Shown: positions 34,603 to 43,078, counted from the first letter of the stretch. The stretch is DNA of 45,014 bases from Nautiliaceae bacterium (GCA_039831155.1 JBDONT010000010.1:1-45014); one strand, 5' to 3'. The notes: generated by a model from the letters alone, not told the origin. A program made the numbers and translations.

Positions 34603-34803
34603 TTATGCAAGACCGTATTTTTTCTTAAATTTATCTACTTTACCACCTCTGTCGATGTTTCTTTCTTGTCCTGTAAAGAATGGATGACATTTATCACAAA
34701 CTTCAATTCTTAATGTGTCTTTAGTTGATAAAATTTCAAATTGATGTCCACAAGTACAAGTAACTTGACATTTTACGTATTCAGGATGGATACCTTTTTT
34801 CAT
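34603..34803 (-). CDS. rpmE: 50S ribosomal protein L31 (zinc-binding type)
   Basis: [23 protein letters not shown]. Confidence 0.98.
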   Translation of the reverse strand: MKKGIHPEYVKCQVTCTCGHQFEILSTKDTLRIEVCDKCHPFFTGQERNIDRGGKVDKFKKKYGLA

Positions 34804-34907
34804 TCATTATCCTTTTTATTGTTTTAATAGAAAATTAGTTCGAAATTCTACTTTGTTTTCCTTAAGTTATCCTTAAATTAAGTAATCTTTAAGAAAAGGA
34901 GAGGGGC

Positions 34908-36743
34908 TTAGTTTTTAGTTTTAAGATACCTTTTGTTTTCTATTTTTTCTATATCTCCCATTTGGTCTAAATAATCCAGATATGCTACAATATATTTTCT
35001 GCTCATTGGCATATGTTCTTTAAATTTTTTGATATCGATATAACCTTCTTTTTCTATAATTTCCCTCATTTTTTTAAGGGCTATGTTTATGTTTTTATCG
35101 GTTACGAAAAGGTTATGGGCAAGTCTTATTACTTTTTTGGATGTTGTGAGTTTTTTCATAGCGTTATCGCCCACTTTTCTGTCGATATTTAATTTTTCGT
35201 AGATGTTATAAGGAGCATCGGGGGTGAGTCCTGAATTATCAAGCAGCTGGTAGAGTCTGTGTTCTACCGATTTTGTGATATCCACTTCTCCTAAATCTTT
35301 TCTTTTATATATGTTGTCTTCTTTTATTAAATAACCCTCTTTTACAAGCTCATCAAGTACGCTTTTTATAAGTTCCGTACTTGCCCATTTTAGTCTTAGT
35401 TTAAGTGATGCCGGGGAGAGGAATGCCAATCTGTTTTTTTCGTAGGTTTCTTTTATCACTTTTTCAATCTCTTCTTTTACTTCAATTGAGAAGATATTAT
35501 AGTTTTCCTCATCTATGAATACGTTATCAAGCTGTTTTGCAATTTCCAAAGCTTCTTTTGGAGAGAGGTTAAATCTTTGATAGCTTTGAAGTAGCCCAAA
35601 TCCCCTTTTGTGATTTTGAATGAGTATTTCAAATGACGTTTTAAAATCTTTTTTGTTTAGGGCTTTAAGTAAAGAGAGTTTTTTCTTTTTCTTAATAGGG
35701 TCGCTTATAGGGTTTAATACTTCTCCACCTCCGACAACGCGACCGTTATGAAGAATTACAAAAGGGTCTTCAAATACTAAAAAGGCCTTTTCTTCAAGTT
35801 TTATAGTTGCGTATCCTTTTTTTTCTTCCGGGTTAAACATTAATAATTTCCCTGGAATTCTTTTTGCACCACTTATAAATAAAACTTCCATATTGTGAAA
35901 AAGCTCTTTTCCTTCTACAGGCTTTACGAATACGTCGATTAATTTAAATCCTCTTAAATATCCTTTGGTTGAGAGGAGATACCCTTTTTTGAATTCTTTA
36001 TGGTTGATGTTCAAATTTATAGCAACCCTTTGGTGAGTATAAGCTTCTTCTACGTCTTTTCCGTGGACTTGGAGGTTTTTAACGGTTGTTAGAGTTTTTG
36101 TTTCGTTGATATAAATTTTGTCTTTAAGTTTTACTTTTCCACTTAGAACCGTTCCCGTAACAACCGTACCGATACCTTTTAGTGAAAACACTCTGTCGAT
36201 ATAGTATCTGAAAAATTTAGAGTGGGTTATGTTTCTTGGAGGCAGGTTAAACAGGTAGTCTTTCAGTTTTTCTATACTTTCTTTATCGTAAATAGAAGTT
36301 TCGAAAATTTCAAGCAAATGCAGGTTTTTATATTTTGCAATTAAATCTCTGATTTCGTTTTTTCTTTTTTCGATTGTATCTTTGTCGGCCAAGTCGCATT
36401 TTGTAAGGGCCACTATTATGTTTTTGACTTTTAGAATGTTCAGTACTTCCAAATGTTCTATCGTCTGCGGCATTACGCCCTCATTTGCGTCTATTGCAAA
36501 AAGAGAAGCGTCAAATCCGAATGCTCCGCTAATCATATTTTTAACAAGTTTTTCGTGACCCGGGACGTCAATGAATGCGATGTTTACGTCGCCTCTTTTC
36601 ATATTCGTAAAGCTTAAATCAATGGTAATTCCTTTTTCTTTTTCTTCTTTCAGTTCGTCCCCGTTATAGCCTGTCATGGCTTCAATAAGGGATGTTTTAC
36701 CGTGGTCTACGTGACCGGCTGTACCTATAATAATATTACGCAT
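34908..36743 (-). CDS. selB: Selenocysteine-specific elongation factor
   Basis: GTAGHVDHGKT, GITIDL, DVPGHE, C-terminal SRKY winged helix. Confidence 0.97.
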   Translation of the reverse strand: MRNIIIGTAGHVDHGKTSLIEAMTGYNGDELKEEKEKGITIDLSFTNMKRGDVNIAFIDVPGHEKLVKNMISGAFGFDASLFAIDANEGVMPQTIEHLEVLNILKVKNIIVALTKCDLADKDTIEKRKNEIRDLIAKYKNLHLLEIFETSIYDKESIEKLKDYLFNLPPRNITHSKFFRYYIDRVFSLKGIGTVVTGTVLSGKVKLKDKIYINETKTLTTVKNLQVHGKDVEEAYTHQRVAINLNINHKEFKKGYLLSTKGYLRGFKLIDVFVKPVEGKELFHNMEVLFISGAKRIPGKLLMFNPEEKKGYATIKLEEKAFLVFEDPFVILHNGRVVGGGEVLNPISDPIKKKKKLSLLKALNKKDFKTSFEILIQNHKRGFGLLQSYQRFNLSPKEALEIAKQLDNVFIDEENYNIFSIEVKEEIEKVIKETYEKNRLAFLSPASLKLRLKWASTELIKSVLDELVKEGYLIKEDNIYKRKDLGEVDITKSVEHRLYQLLDNSGLTPDAPYNIYEKLNIDRKVGDNAMKKLTTSKKVIRLAHNLFVTDKNINIALKKMREIIEKEGYIDIKKFKEHMPMSRKYIVAYLDYLDQMGDIEKIENKRYLKTKN

Positions 36744-38082
36744 TTTTAATCCTGCATGAGATTATCGAATTAATAATTTTTGCAAGTTTTTCTATTTCGT
36801 CATCTAAAATACTTCTCATATCAAGTACGAATTTTTCGTTTTCTATTCTACCTATTACTAAATTTTTTCTCATAATTTCTTCCCACGTTTTCGCATTACC
36901 CTCAACTTCTACTATAATAGTGGGAATTTTTTGATTAGGCATAGTACCTCCACCTATATAAGTATAAGATTCTTTTATATGAGCTTTAAAGTTAAAAGTA
37001 AGAGAGAGTAATTTTTTAGCTTTTTTTCGTAAATGGTCCTGAGTTTGAAATATGGATTTTAAAGTCGGAATTTTATCGTATTCTTCTTTAATATAGGCAA
37101 GTGCGGTGGCTTCTATTAAAGATAGCGTAATTTTATCGACTCTAAACATTCTTAGAATTTGGTTTTTTTTAAGTTGGTCGATTAATTCTTTTTTTCCTAA
37201 AATTATTCCGGCTTGTACACTACCGAATAATTTATCTCCGCTAAAACTTATAAGAGCGGGATTTAATTTTATAATTTCCGAAATAGGAGGTTCGTTTGCA
37301 CTTAAATTATAAGGAAGTTCTGGAATATAAGCACTTCCTATATCGTAATAGTCTAAAATATTATATTTGGAGGCTAAATTTATTATATCTTTTAAAGAAG
37401 CTTCTTCACTGAAACCTTCTATGGAGTAATTTGATTTGTGAACTTTCATAAGTATCGAAGTGTTTTGTGTAATTGCTTCTTCATAGTCTTTAATTTTAGT
37501 TTTATTCGTTGTACCTACTTCTATTAATTTAGCTCCGCTTGCTTTCATAACTTCCGGTATTCTGAAGCTCCCCCCGATTTCTACAAGTTCTCCTCTTGAA
37601 ACTATTACTTCTTTATCTTTTGCAAACGTGTTTAAAATTAAAAATACGGCTGCCGCATTATTATTTACTATTAACGCACTTTCCGTTCCGAAAAGAGCAC
37701 TTAAAAGTTTTTCGCTATGGTGGTATCTGTCTCCTCGCTTCCCTTTTTCTATATCATATTCTAAATTGCAGTAACGAGTGGAACGTTTTTTTGCATAGTC
37801 GAATATTTCAGGATTTATTAAACTTCTGCCTAAATTAGTATGAACTGTAATTCCGGTTGCGTTTATTACGTTTACTATTGAAGGTAAAAGAAGTTCGTTC
37901 GCTTTAAGCTCTATTTCTTTAATAATCGCTTCTTCGTTTATCTTTTTTATTTTTTTATTTTTTATATCTTCTCTAAGTTTGTTTAAGGTTGTATTGATTA
38001 TAGGTTTTAGGATTTTTTTTGGAATGTGAGATAGCTTTTGTTCGATTTTATCCACTTTGGGAATTTTTCTAAAAAGATTCAT
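36736..38082 (-). CDS. selA: L-seryl-tRNA(Sec) selenium transferase
   Basis: INATG..VHTNLGR, SRGELVEIGGSFRIP, FSGDKL. Confidence 0.98.
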   Translation of the reverse strand: MNLFRKIPKVDKIEQKLSHIPKKILKPIINTTLNKLREDIKNKKIKKINEEAIIKEIELKANELLLPSIVNVINATGITVHTNLGRSLINPEIFDYAKKRSTRYCNLEYDIEKGKRGDRYHHSEKLLSALFGTESALIVNNNAAAVFLILNTFAKDKEVIVSRGELVEIGGSFRIPEVMKASGAKLIEVGTTNKTKIKDYEEAITQNTSILMKVHKSNYSIEGFSEEASLKDIINLASKYNILDYYDIGSAYIPELPYNLSANEPPISEIIKLNPALISFSGDKLFGSVQAGIILGKKELIDQLKKNQILRMFRVDKITLSLIEATALAYIKEEYDKIPTLKSIFQTQDHLRKKAKKLLSLTFNFKAHIKESYTYIGGGTMPNQKIPTIIVEVEGNAKTWEEIMRKNLVIGRIENEKFVLDMRSILDDEIEKLAKIINSIISCRIKNA

Positions 38083-38164
38083 TTTTTGCCTTTGTGTAAT
38101 GCCGCCGGCATTTTTGAGAATTATAGCAAATTATTCGAATAAAAAAAAAAGAAGAAAAAAAGGT

Positions 38165-39031
38165 TTATTTATGGATAATATTAATCGCTTTTTCTTTAAA
38201 TTCTTTTAATTTAGCAATTAAATCGCTAAAAATAGAATTTGTATTATGACCTTTTCTTATTTCACTTTCAAGTTTGGAAATTTCTTCTTTTAGCATTTTG
38301 TAAGTTGTTGTACTTGTACTTGTATAACCTAGTGCTTCAGCTATTACTAATTGATGTTTAGCTTCTTCTAGGTATTTTAAAGCTTGTTTTTTGTCTTTAG
38401 AGATAATTTTGCTTGCTTCTTGAGTTAGAGCCTGAGCTTTGATTAATGGAATAGGGATAATTGTGTCAACTTCAACTAATGTTGAAAGTGCCATAGCAAG
38501 TACGTCTTTTGCTTCTTTAATTTTTCCTTCATTAATATATTTAATCGCAAGATTTAAAGCTGCCGGATATGTAGCTAAAGGCAAGTTGATAGTTTTAATG
38601 TCAATTTCACTTCTTAAAGAGTTTAATACTTCTCTTGCTTGAGGAAGTTTGTTTTCTTCTACTAATATTTTAGATTCTTTAACTAAATCTTTGATTTTTT
38701 TTACGTCTCCTACAAATTGATATGCGTTTATTTGTGTGTCAACAGGTAATAAGTAAGGTGCGTTAGGAGCGTTTAATACTACACTCAATTCTCCTACGGC
38801 TTTTTTTAAAGACTCAATAGCCTTTTTTGTGTTTTTACCGTTTAAGTATATAATAGCGTCTTGTGTGTATTGAATCGCTTTTATAGCTTCTTTTATTAAT
38901 TGAGTGTTTTGAGCTTTTTGTTCGGCTTTAATTACGGCATTTTTTGAAACCGCATTAGTTTTTGCATCCGTTGCTAAAGCATTAGTTAGTAATAAACCGC
39001 TTAATGCTACTGAAACTAGTAATTTATTCAT
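38165..39031 (-). CDS. YfdX-family periplasmic protein
   Basis: Signal peptide; LLPVD, NLPLATYP, AEALGY helical pattern. Confidence 0.8.
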   Translation of the reverse strand: MNKLLVSVALSGLLLTNALATDAKTNAVSKNAVIKAEQKAQNTQLIKEAIKAIQYTQDAIIYLNGKNTKKAIESLKKAVGELSVVLNAPNAPYLLPVDTQINAYQFVGDVKKIKDLVKESKILVEENKLPQAREVLNSLRSEIDIKTINLPLATYPAALNLAIKYINEGKIKEAKDVLAMALSTLVEVDTIIPIPLIKAQALTQEASKIISKDKKQALKYLEEAKHQLVIAEALGYTSTSTTTYKMLKEEISKLESEIRKGHNTNSIFSDLIAKLKEFKEKAINIIHK

Positions 39032-39061
39032 TTTTCCCTCCTTAAATGTTTTAGTAATGCT

Positions 39062-39091
39062 ATTATAATAATTAAGTCGATTAATGTCAAG
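39062..39091 (-). promoter_or_regulatory. Consensus sigma70 promoter of the YfdX gene overlapped by a HAIR-like (HspR) inverted repeat
   Basis: Minus strand TTGACA-N17-TATAAT; CTTGACA-N7-ACTTAAT versus HAIR CTTGAGT-N7-ACTCAAG. Confidence 0.6.
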
Positions 39092-39254
39092 TATTATGAA
39101 TTGAATTAGCTCAAAATTAATTTTTATTTAAAGTTTTTTCATTAAAGATATAAGAAAAAGTTATTTTAAGAGAATCTTAAGTTTTTTTATATAAGATATT
39201 GAAAGAAAATCCTTGATTTCGGATTTTCTTTTTATTAATTCAAAAGGAGAAATT

Positions 39255-39605
39255 ATGAGACGCTTTGCAAAAATGTTGGTAGCAGGGTTGCTACTTGCAA
39301 GTGTCAGTGCCAGTGTAGCAATGGCGGACTACAATAAAGGGCTTAAGTATTTTCAAAGATACATTAAAAAAGCCCATAAAATTAAATCTCCGGATTTATT
39401 AAAAAAAATCGGAGTTAAAACATTGGATGATTTAAATGCACTTTTTAAAGATAATGCAAAGTCTTTAATTGAAAAGTTAAAAGCGGCAGGTCTTAAAGAT
39501 GAAGCTAAAGGTGTTGAGAAAATTGCTAAAAAGCATAAATTGAAAGATTTAAAAGATTTCTTTATCGGAGTATTAAACGGTAAACTTCCGGCTGGCTGAA
39601 GCTAA
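39255..39605 (+). CDS. Small secreted Lys-rich protein; candidate selenoprotein ending ...KLPAG-U-S (ends at 39599 if TGA is a stop)
   Basis: AAGGAG RBS, signal peptide ...VAMA/D, GGC TGA AGC TAA followed by a SECIS-like hairpin. Confidence 0.7.
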
Positions 39606-39608
39606 TAT

Positions 39609-39630
39609 TAAGGGCACAGGTTGTGCCTTA
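39609..39630 (+). promoter_or_regulatory. Candidate bacterial SECIS element
   Basis: TAAGGGCACA-GGT-TGTGCCTTA stem with one bulged G; loop GGT at +20 to +22 after TGA 39597-39599. Confidence 0.6.
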
Positions 39631-39683
39631 CGTTTTAATTTGATTTTTTTTTACATATAAAGTAAAATTTTAATCCTTCAAAA

Positions 39684-39782
39684 GGAGGGGATGTGACCCT
39701 GGTGGGCACCCCGGGCTTCAAACCCGGTGGGGCGGCAGGTGTCTGTCTGCCCGGAAGGTTCGATTCCTTCCCCCTTCCGCCA
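39684..39782 (+). tRNA. selC: tRNA-Sec (anticodon TCA)
   Basis: CCGGG-CTTCAAA-CCCGG anticodon arm, long variable arm, GGTTCGATTCC T arm, GCCA end; near selAB. Confidence 0.97.
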
Positions 39783-39832
39783 AACTTCAAAAATACCGCT
39801 ATTTCGCATTTTTTAAAAATCAAACTAAGCAT

Positions 39833-39908
39833 TGTCAGCTGTTTTCACACGTTTTTGACTGACAGTATAACTGACAGTTCATATATTAATAAATTTTATT
39901 ATGTCAGT
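39833..39908. repeat. CTGACA-core repeats, possible integrase arm-type sites
   Basis: ACTGACAGT at 39858-39866 and 39870-39878; inverted TGTCAG at 39833 and TGTCAGT at 39902. Confidence 0.55.
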
Positions 39909-39913
39909 AATTT

Positions 39914-40978
39914 TCAAAAGGTATATTTGTGATAAATTTTTACAATATTTACATTGAATCCTTTTGATGTTAAGTCATCTTTTCTTTTAACAAGTGAATC
40001 CAAATCTCCATGGACAAGAAATATTTTGGAGTTTTTGTTGTTTGAAAGCCAGCAGTCTATATCTTTTGCATCTCCGTGAGCTGAAAATATATGAAAAGTT
40101 TTGTATTTTAAGTTGACGGTGTGATTTTTATCATTTATATTTATAGGGTTTTCACCGCATTGTATTTTACCGCCGAAGCTTAGAGGACTCTGATACCCTA
40201 CAAACAGCAGTAAAACATCTTTTCTTGACACCAGTCTCGGAAGGAGTCTGAGAGAATTCGCCGTATTTATCATCCCGCTGGTTGAGAGGATAATAACGGG
40301 AGGTTTGAGGCTTTTTATATATCTGTTTTTTAAAAATTCACTGCTTCTGAAATATGTGTTTTCAAGTGTCGGAATTGCTTTTTTATTGTCAATCCAGTTT
40401 GGGTTGTTTATGTATAAATTCGTAATTTTACTTGCAGTGGGTGAGAGCAGATAGATTTTTGTGTTTTGAGGGATAAGCCCTTTTTGAAACAGCAGACCGA
40501 TTTCATAAAGTATTTTTTGAGCTCTGTCCAGGGCAAAAACCGGTATCCAGATTATTTTGGTGTTTATGTTTTTGATTTTTGTTTTTTTGTAAAATGGGAC
40601 AGTTTTAAATAATTTGGTTACATAATTTACTGAACTTAATGTTTTTGAATGTTTGTTTTGCATTTCAAGCATAATTTTACTGAGTTTTGCCGTAGGGGAG
40701 GTCATATATATTTTCCCACGGAAACCTTTTTTGTAAAGTTTTAGCAGTCTTCCTATGTGGTCCGTATGGGCGTGGGTGATTATTACCGCGTCAATATTTT
40801 TAACACTGAAAGGTATATCGTTTTTTCCGTTTATATGAGCTCCTGCATCGATTAAAATTTTGGTGTTTTTGTATTGCACCAAAGCCATGGTGCCGTCAAC
40901 TTCCCCGGCACCGCCGTAGTACGTTACGCTTACGGCAAAAAGATTTACCCAAAAAAGTATTAATATTAAAAATCTCAT
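39914..40978 (-). CDS. MBL-fold beta-CASP nuclease-like protein with signal peptide; apparent internal in-frame deletion
   Basis: GGAGEV, LIDAG, THAHTDHIG, IPVFALDRAQ, SGMI, FVGYQ, FSAHGD, LVHGD present; GH..G, SGD and ESTYG segments absent. Confidence 0.8.
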   Translation of the reverse strand: MRFLILILFWVNLFAVSVTYYGGAGEVDGTMALVQYKNTKILIDAGAHINGKNDIPFSVKNIDAVIITHAHTDHIGRLLKLYKKGFRGKIYMTSPTAKLSKIMLEMQNKHSKTLSSVNYVTKLFKTVPFYKKTKIKNINTKIIWIPVFALDRAQKILYEIGLLFQKGLIPQNTKIYLLSPTASKITNLYINNPNWIDNKKAIPTLENTYFRSSEFLKNRYIKSLKPPVIILSTSGMINTANSLRLLPRLVSRKDVLLLFVGYQSPLSFGGKIQCGENPININDKNHTVNLKYKTFHIFSAHGDAKDIDCWLSNNKNSKIFLVHGDLDSLVKRKDDLTSKGFNVNIVKIYHKYTF

Positions 40979-41306
40979 TTGATTTTAATCTGCTTTTGGG
41001 TTTTAATAAACATCTCAACCCTTCCTTTGTATTCTTTAATCACACCTTTGGCACATATGGTTTTGCCGTTGAAATTAAGATTGTTAAAATTATCCTTGTA
41101 TCTGCTCCATATAATAAAAGTCATTTTCTGATTCGGATAATTTCCGTCGAGGTTTATAAAAATATGCCCCTTTTTGTGATGATAAATTTCGTAAACCTTT
41201 CCGCATACTTCTCCGCATATTCACCAATATGGCTTTTTGCTTCAGTAGTAGTGTATGTCGCAAAAGCAAAATAAAAAATCCCCAGCAGTAAAATAATCTT
41301 TTTCAT
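40975..41306 (-). pseudogene. Secreted OB-fold nucleic-acid-binding protein, frameshifted
   Basis: MKKIILLLGIFYFAFATYTTTEAKSHIGEYA, shift near 41211, then EVCGKVYE...FINLDGNYPNQKMTFIIW...GKTICAKGVIKEYKGRVEM...; TGA overlaps the MBL ATG. Confidence 0.75.
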
Positions 41307-41315
41307 CCTTTTCCT

Positions 41316-41417
41316 TTATTTTAATTTTTTGATGTCGTTTTTAAATTCTAAAAAATTTGCCTTTATTTTTGGATAAAACAGCAAAAATATCAATCCTACA
41401 ATTAACAATTCTACCAT
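41316..41417 (-). CDS. 33-aa single-TM small protein (MVELLIVGLIFLLFYPKIKANFLEFKNDIKKLK)
   Basis: AAGGAGG RBS at 41424-41430; fills the gap between neighbouring genes; below the ORF-track cutoff. Confidence 0.7.
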   Translation of the reverse strand: MVELLIVGLIFLLFYPKIKANFLEFKNDIKKLK

Positions 41418-41420
41418 AAT

Positions 41421-41774
41421 TTACCTCCTTTGATATTTTTCTATGATATAGTCAGCTTTGCTTTTTAGGTTTTCTTTTTCCAGTATCTTTGTTTGAATTT
41501 CATTTGGTTCAAATTGTGTTTTTTCTTCCGGTTTGTTTTCATTTTCCTTTCTTTTATTTTTATATTTGATTATTAAATACACGGCGACTAAACTTATAAA
41601 AAACACTCCCCATTTCATAAGAAAAAGCAAAAATTTATTTTCAATTAAACTTCTCAAATCTTCAATAAAAAACCAAAATACAACATCAAAAAACAAAATA
41701 AATCCGATTAAAAACAGTTTTTTTCTGACTTTATAGAAGTAATAAACTAACAGTGTTTCTTTGATTATTCTCAT
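41421..41774 (-). CDS. Two-TM hypothetical protein
   Basis: Two hydrophobic segments, charged tail; start overlaps upstream stop. Confidence 0.75.
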   Translation of the reverse strand: MRIIKETLLVYYFYKVRKKLFLIGFILFFDVVFWFFIEDLRSLIENKFLLFLMKWGVFFISLVAVYLIIKYKNKRKENENKPEEKTQFEPNEIQTKILEKENLKSKADYIIEKYQRR

Positions 41775-42001
41775 CAGAAGCTCCCGATTCCTAATGCAAC
41801 AAGCAGTGCCATAATGGTTTTGTTTTTATATTCGCCTATGAGTCTGTCTTCTTCGTCTTTAATTATTGTTTCAAGTTCTTCTTTGGTTAGGTCGTTTATA
41901 TCGATACCTTTTTCGGCCAGTCTTGCTTTTGTTCTAAGCAATGCTTTTGTTCTTATGTGAGTTTTGATTTTTGTTTGAAGGTTTTTAATTTTGAGTTTCA
42001 T
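41774..42001 (-). CDS. 75-aa hypothetical protein with hydrophobic C-terminus
   Basis: AAAGG RBS; first gene after a WYL-box promoter. Confidence 0.75.
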   Translation of the reverse strand: MKLKIKNLQTKIKTHIRTKALLRTKARLAEKGIDINDLTKEELETIIKDEEDRLIGEYKNKTIMALLVALGIGSF

Positions 42002-42027
42002 AACTGCCTTTCATTTGGATTTATGCA

Positions 42028-42058
42028 ATTATAAAACTCAAGAGTGACAAAAAATGTC
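42028..42058 (-). promoter_or_regulatory. Putative WYL-regulator box 1 plus -10
   Basis: Minus strand GACATTTTTTGTC-ACTCTTGAGTTT-TATAAT. Confidence 0.7.
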
Positions 42059-42080
42059 TGATTAAATCAATTTTATTAAT

Positions 42081-43052
42081 TTACATTTCTTTTAATATAG
42101 CTTCTAAATCTTTTTTAAATTCATTTTTTAATTCTTCAGATTCTAATATTATTATATTAGGTATCCATTTTTTTATAAAAGGCAGAATTTCCATAGGTTG
42201 GGTGTAGGTCAGTTCAAAAATAACTCCTTCGTCGTTTTCTTCGATAAATTTTTGGGATGAGAGGAATTTTTTCATATCTTTTCTAAAATAATGAGCCACT
42301 TCTTTTTTTGCAAGCAATCTTGCTTTTTTAGGCTCCACTCCGTATAGAGTTAGTGAATTTTGTATATTTTGCAGGTATTTTTCATATTTTTCGACTGAAT
42401 TTTTTTGAAATTTTTTTTCTTTAAGTTTACCGTTTTCTTTGATGAAAACAGGCTTGACGTCTTTTATAAAAGATATTCTTAAAAATCTGAATTTTTCGTT
42501 TTCATCTTCACACGCAAGATACCAGTTGTTATCGATAAATACCAATTTTATAGCTTTTACTGTCAGCGTTTCTTCATCTTTGATTATTTTCAGGTATTTG
42601 TGTTCTTTTACGGCATTTTTTATTTTGGAAAAAAGTTTTTCTTTTGTTTTCAAATCCTCCATAATAGAGTTTTTGAAAATAAAGATGTTTTTTTCTGATT
42701 TAATGAGTTTTTTGGCTTTTTTTCTTGTTTCATCTTCAAGGTTTTTTAAATATTCCGGGTTTGTTTGGGATAAATCTTGTAAAATAAAACTTATATCATC
42801 GCTTTTTGTCAGAATTTCGAATATTATATCGGCGGTATCGTTTATTTTGTAGCATGTTTTTTTGTTTTTGAAATCTTTTTGTATGACATCTTCGCCAAAA
42901 TATTCTGCAAGTCCGTCGAGAATATCCTTAACTCTTCTTTCTACCTGGTCGAGATTTAAAATCTCTTTGATTTCCAAAGGGGTAAAACACTGTTTTGCAG
43001 ACATTAGCAGTTTCAAAACATCAAAAGCCTCTTTTGCTTTTTTATGAATCAT
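42081..43052 (-). CDS. HTH-WYL-WCX transcriptional regulator
   Basis: N-terminal wHTH (ERRVKDIL), LVFIDNNWYLAC, FRFLRISFI, C-terminal EILPFIKKWIPNI. Confidence 0.92.
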   Translation of the reverse strand: MIHKKAKEAFDVLKLLMSAKQCFTPLEIKEILNLDQVERRVKDILDGLAEYFGEDVIQKDFKNKKTCYKINDTADIIFEILTKSDDISFILQDLSQTNPEYLKNLEDETRKKAKKLIKSEKNIFIFKNSIMEDLKTKEKLFSKIKNAVKEHKYLKIIKDEETLTVKAIKLVFIDNNWYLACEDENEKFRFLRISFIKDVKPVFIKENGKLKEKKFQKNSVEKYEKYLQNIQNSLTLYGVEPKKARLLAKKEVAHYFRKDMKKFLSSQKFIEENDEGVIFELTYTQPMEILPFIKKWIPNIIILESEELKNEFKKDLEAILKEM

Positions 43053-43078
43053 ATTAATTCCTTAAATAAATTTATTTT

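Noticed and set aside
39255-39599. Cytochrome c call for the small secreted protein
   Set aside because: No CxxCH motif; no Cys at all
39833-39908. TGTCAG repeats as additional WYL boxes
   Set aside because: They lack the GACA-N5-TGTC palindrome and have no -10 at the 12-nt spacing
39635-39932. ORFs 39635-39832 (-) and 39693-39932 (+)
   Set aside because: They overlap the GC-rich tRNA-Sec gene and are artefacts of it
40996-41274. 92-aa plus-strand ORF
   Set aside because: Antisense shadow of the frameshifted OB-fold gene
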